Positions 15,788 through 17,387 of a stretch of DNA of 17,387 bases are shown piece after piece. The stretch is from contig JAYUGC010000020.1 in the NCBI GenBank assembly GCA_043767805.1, forward strand, positions 1 through 17,387, read 5' to 3'. The notes beneath the pieces are model-generated. The model was not told where the DNA came from, did no database searches, and saw nothing but the letters and a program-made list of their open reading frames with translations. The translations under genes were made by a program, and so were the position numbers. Positions within the stretch are counted from its first letter, which is position 1. Each line of letters opens with the position of its first letter. The DNA is from Pseudomonadota bacterium (lineage in GTDB: Bacteria > Bdellovibrionota > FAC87 > UBA2466).

Positions 15788-16243
15788 TTAAGCAGCGAGC
15801 TCCTCACGGCCACCTTTTTTCGCCAGGAGAAAATCCCGCTTCATTTGACGGCGCTCGCCCTCGTCGAAGTCTGCTTTCAGGGCGGCGAAGACCTCCGTCT
15901 CCTCTTCCTTTACATGATCTAAAACCGTTCTTTCCAGCGCTCTCACCGCAGGCTCCCAATTTTCTTCTTCGGGATCGAGGTTCTCCAGAATCTCCAAGCA
16001 AGCCCGGATCTCGTCGTGGTCCTCTTCGGCATTGAGCGCCAGATCCTCGGTCGTCATTTCCGACTCGAGCCGGGGGTAGATGGCGTCTTCCTCAGCGGAA
16101 GCGTGAACGTCGAGTGCGCCGCGGACATCGTCGAATAAGTGGGAACGGCGGACCGGATCGTGCGTATTCTTGAGCTGGGTGAGGAGGGTGGCAACCTGTT
16201 GATGGTCTTCTTTCAAGAGAGAGAAAATGTCACGACTCGCCAT
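15788..16243 (-). CDS. Hemerythrin-like (HHE cation-binding) domain protein
   Basis: Motifs LLKEDHQQV, HASAEEDAIYP, EEDHDEI and HVKEEETEVF. Start placed at ATG 16243 behind an AAGGAGG RBS. Confidence 0.93.
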   Translation of the reverse strand: MASRDIFSLLKEDHQQVATLLTQLKNTHDPVRRSHLFDDVRGALDVHASAEEDAIYPRLESEMTTEDLALNAEEDHDEIRACLEILENLDPEEENWEPAVRALERTVLDHVKEEETEVFAALKADFDEGERRQMKRDFLLAKKGGREELAA

Positions 16244-16273
16244 GAGAGCCTCCTTATTTTCTTTTAGAAAACC

Positions 16274-16289
16274 TGCAACCCGGGTGCCA
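16274..16289 (-). promoter_or_regulatory. Sigma54 (-24/-12) promoter for the hemerythrin gene
   Basis: Minus strand reads TGGCACCCGGGTTGCA, an exact fit to TGGCAC-N5-TTGCA, 30 nt upstream of ATG 16243. Confidence 0.78.
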
Positions 16290-16477
16290 CGAAAGGCTGG
16301 CATGGAGGCTGCATCGTATGCACGGCGGGGAGAATGGGAATGAGAGCAATCGGGTCCGGCTCGCGTACGTTGGGGTTGCTGAAACTTCCGCTCAAACTAA
16401 AAGAAACCGACGACGGGCGCCCAAGATCTCTTGGGAGTTCTCAAAGCCAGTTTGTGCGCGGCCGAAAAGAAAGCCGC

Positions 16478-16912
16478 TTAAATGCCTTCTCCCGAGATTT
16501 GAAGCTCGTTGGACACGGAGCGCACTCCTTTTAGGAATTGCACCTCTTCCTCGGCGAGACGTTTCATGTCGGTTTTCGGCACCGATCCGCAAAGCCTAAC
16601 CGTGCCCTCATTGACGGTGACTTCCACGTCCGTGGCATCGATGTCGGGGTGGTCGGCGAGGGCCTCGCAGGCGTCTTCGAAGATATGGGAGTCGAGGCGA
16701 ACGTAATTCTTAGGGCCTTTGCCTTTGTACGGACCGACATGCATCGGCTCACCGAGGTAATGGGGAACCTCGAACTCGTCCATGCCGTGGCGTCGTCTAT
16801 CGGCTTGATCCTCGACGGATCGGCGGCGAGGGTAGTGCTGGCGAAATCCCTCGAGGTCCGGATTGGCCGAATTGTCCTTGGACTCGTTTTCCATGGCGCT
16901 CGTCTCCGTCAA
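16478..16912 (-). CDS. BON domain protein (cytoplasmic type, no signal peptide)
   Basis: GKGPKNYVRLDSHIFEDACEALADHPDIDATDVEVTVNEGTVRLCGSV...GVRSVSNELQI is a single BON domain. Start is TTG 16912 or ATG 16894. Confidence 0.9.
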   Translation of the reverse strand: MTETSAMENESKDNSANPDLEGFRQHYPRRRSVEDQADRRRHGMDEFEVPHYLGEPMHVGPYKGKGPKNYVRLDSHIFEDACEALADHPDIDATDVEVTVNEGTVRLCGSVPKTDMKRLAEEEVQFLKGVRSVSNELQISGEGI

Positions 16913-17387
16913 ATGTGAATTAGTAAATTGATTTGGGGCAGAAAGATCAGATCCGATCGGAGGATGCCGATCTTCGGCTCGAAATTGAAAGCCACGTCCC
17001 GATTGATCTGCCAGTTGGCGCCAATTCTAAAGAGCAACTCGAAGAGGAGCGACGAGCTGGTAGTCGTCGAGCTTCCGACCGCGAGCTTCTCCATGTAGAT
17101 ATTGGGTCCCGCGGAAATGCCCACGTAGGGGTAAATGCCCGGAAGCGTTTCGACGGTGAACCCGTAGAGGACCGTCGGGAGTAGCTGAACGGCGGTGGCT
17201 CCCGTCGAGGCGGAGACCAGAGAGGGGGAAGTTCCCCAGAAGTTCAGGGCCACGTCGGCGCCCCAGTAAATGGGAGACGACTCCGTAGCCCTTGTGACGG
17301 CACCAAAATTCAGCGCCCAGCCCGTACTTCCACCTAGAACGGCGATACCCACGCCCGCACTCACCGTCGCCACCGACGGTGTGTTGT
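16909..17387 (-). CDS. Outer-membrane beta-barrel protein, 5' end outside the window
   Basis: The frame is open to the window end. Amphipathic strands IYWGADVAL, LLPTVLYGF, IYPYVGISAGP, LFRIGANW and FNFEPKIG suggest an 8-stranded OmpA/OmpW-like barrel. Confidence 0.75.
   Translation of the reverse strand, partial: NTPSVATVSAGVGIAVLGGSTGWALNFGAVTRATESSPIYWGADVALNFWGTSPSLVSASTGATAVQLLPTVLYGFTVETLPGIYPYVGISAGPNIYMEKLAVGSSTTTSSSLLFELLFRIGANWQINRDVAFNFEPKIGILRSDLIFLPQINLLIHI

Noticed and set aside
16244..16303. N-terminal extension of the hemerythrin ORF
   Set aside because: A strong AAGGAGG precedes ATG 16243, and the extension contains the sigma54 box.
16318..16599. Short ORFs between and overlapping the BON and hemerythrin genes
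   Set aside because: They overlap the BON gene and have no recognisable features; the gap is better explained as regulatory sequence upstream of a sigma54 promoter.
524..17184. Many long opposite-strand or alternate-frame ORFs (e.g. 524-958, 1019-1576, 4292-4852, 5602-6357, 7439-8218, 9259-9801, 11903-12526, 13668-14150, 16538-16918)
   Set aside because: They overlap well-supported genes, lack recognisable motifs, and are expected from GC-rich codon bias.
1..17387. CRISPR array, integrase/transposase, prophage or defence system
   Set aside because: I found no regularly spaced direct repeats and no recognisable mobility, phage or defence proteins.

Overview
This is a gene-dense, GC-rich bacterial chromosomal segment. 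I found no mobile element, CRISPR array, tRNA or rRNA. It carries housekeeping and stress genes (partial GT2 glycosyltransferase, sfsA, dps, rsgA, an RluA-family pseudouridine synthase, a GNAT acetyltransferase, Hsp20, a hemerythrin/HHE protein, a BON protein). These are interspersed with many exported proteins: an OmpA-like lipoprotein, a DUF3465-like protein, an astacin (M12A) lipoprotein, an M36/M4-like metallopeptidase, an S8 subtilase, two beta-barrel-like proteins and several secreted hypotheticals. That mix suggests a predatory Bdellovibrionota-like organism, which is an inference. I cannot claim a complete new system. The best lead is 8905-12956. There, two back-to-back sigma54-type (-24/-12) promoters point at an exported protein with a caspase/DUF4347-like His-Cys dyad and at an exported protein with a helix-hairpin-helix motif. 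The pair is flanked by an M36-like peptidase and a subtilase with no propeptide. Further sigma54-type boxes precede the hemerythrin, Hsp20 and OmpA-like genes. A strongly structured intergenic segment lies at 14661-14749. All family calls come from recognising motifs by eye; no database search was run.
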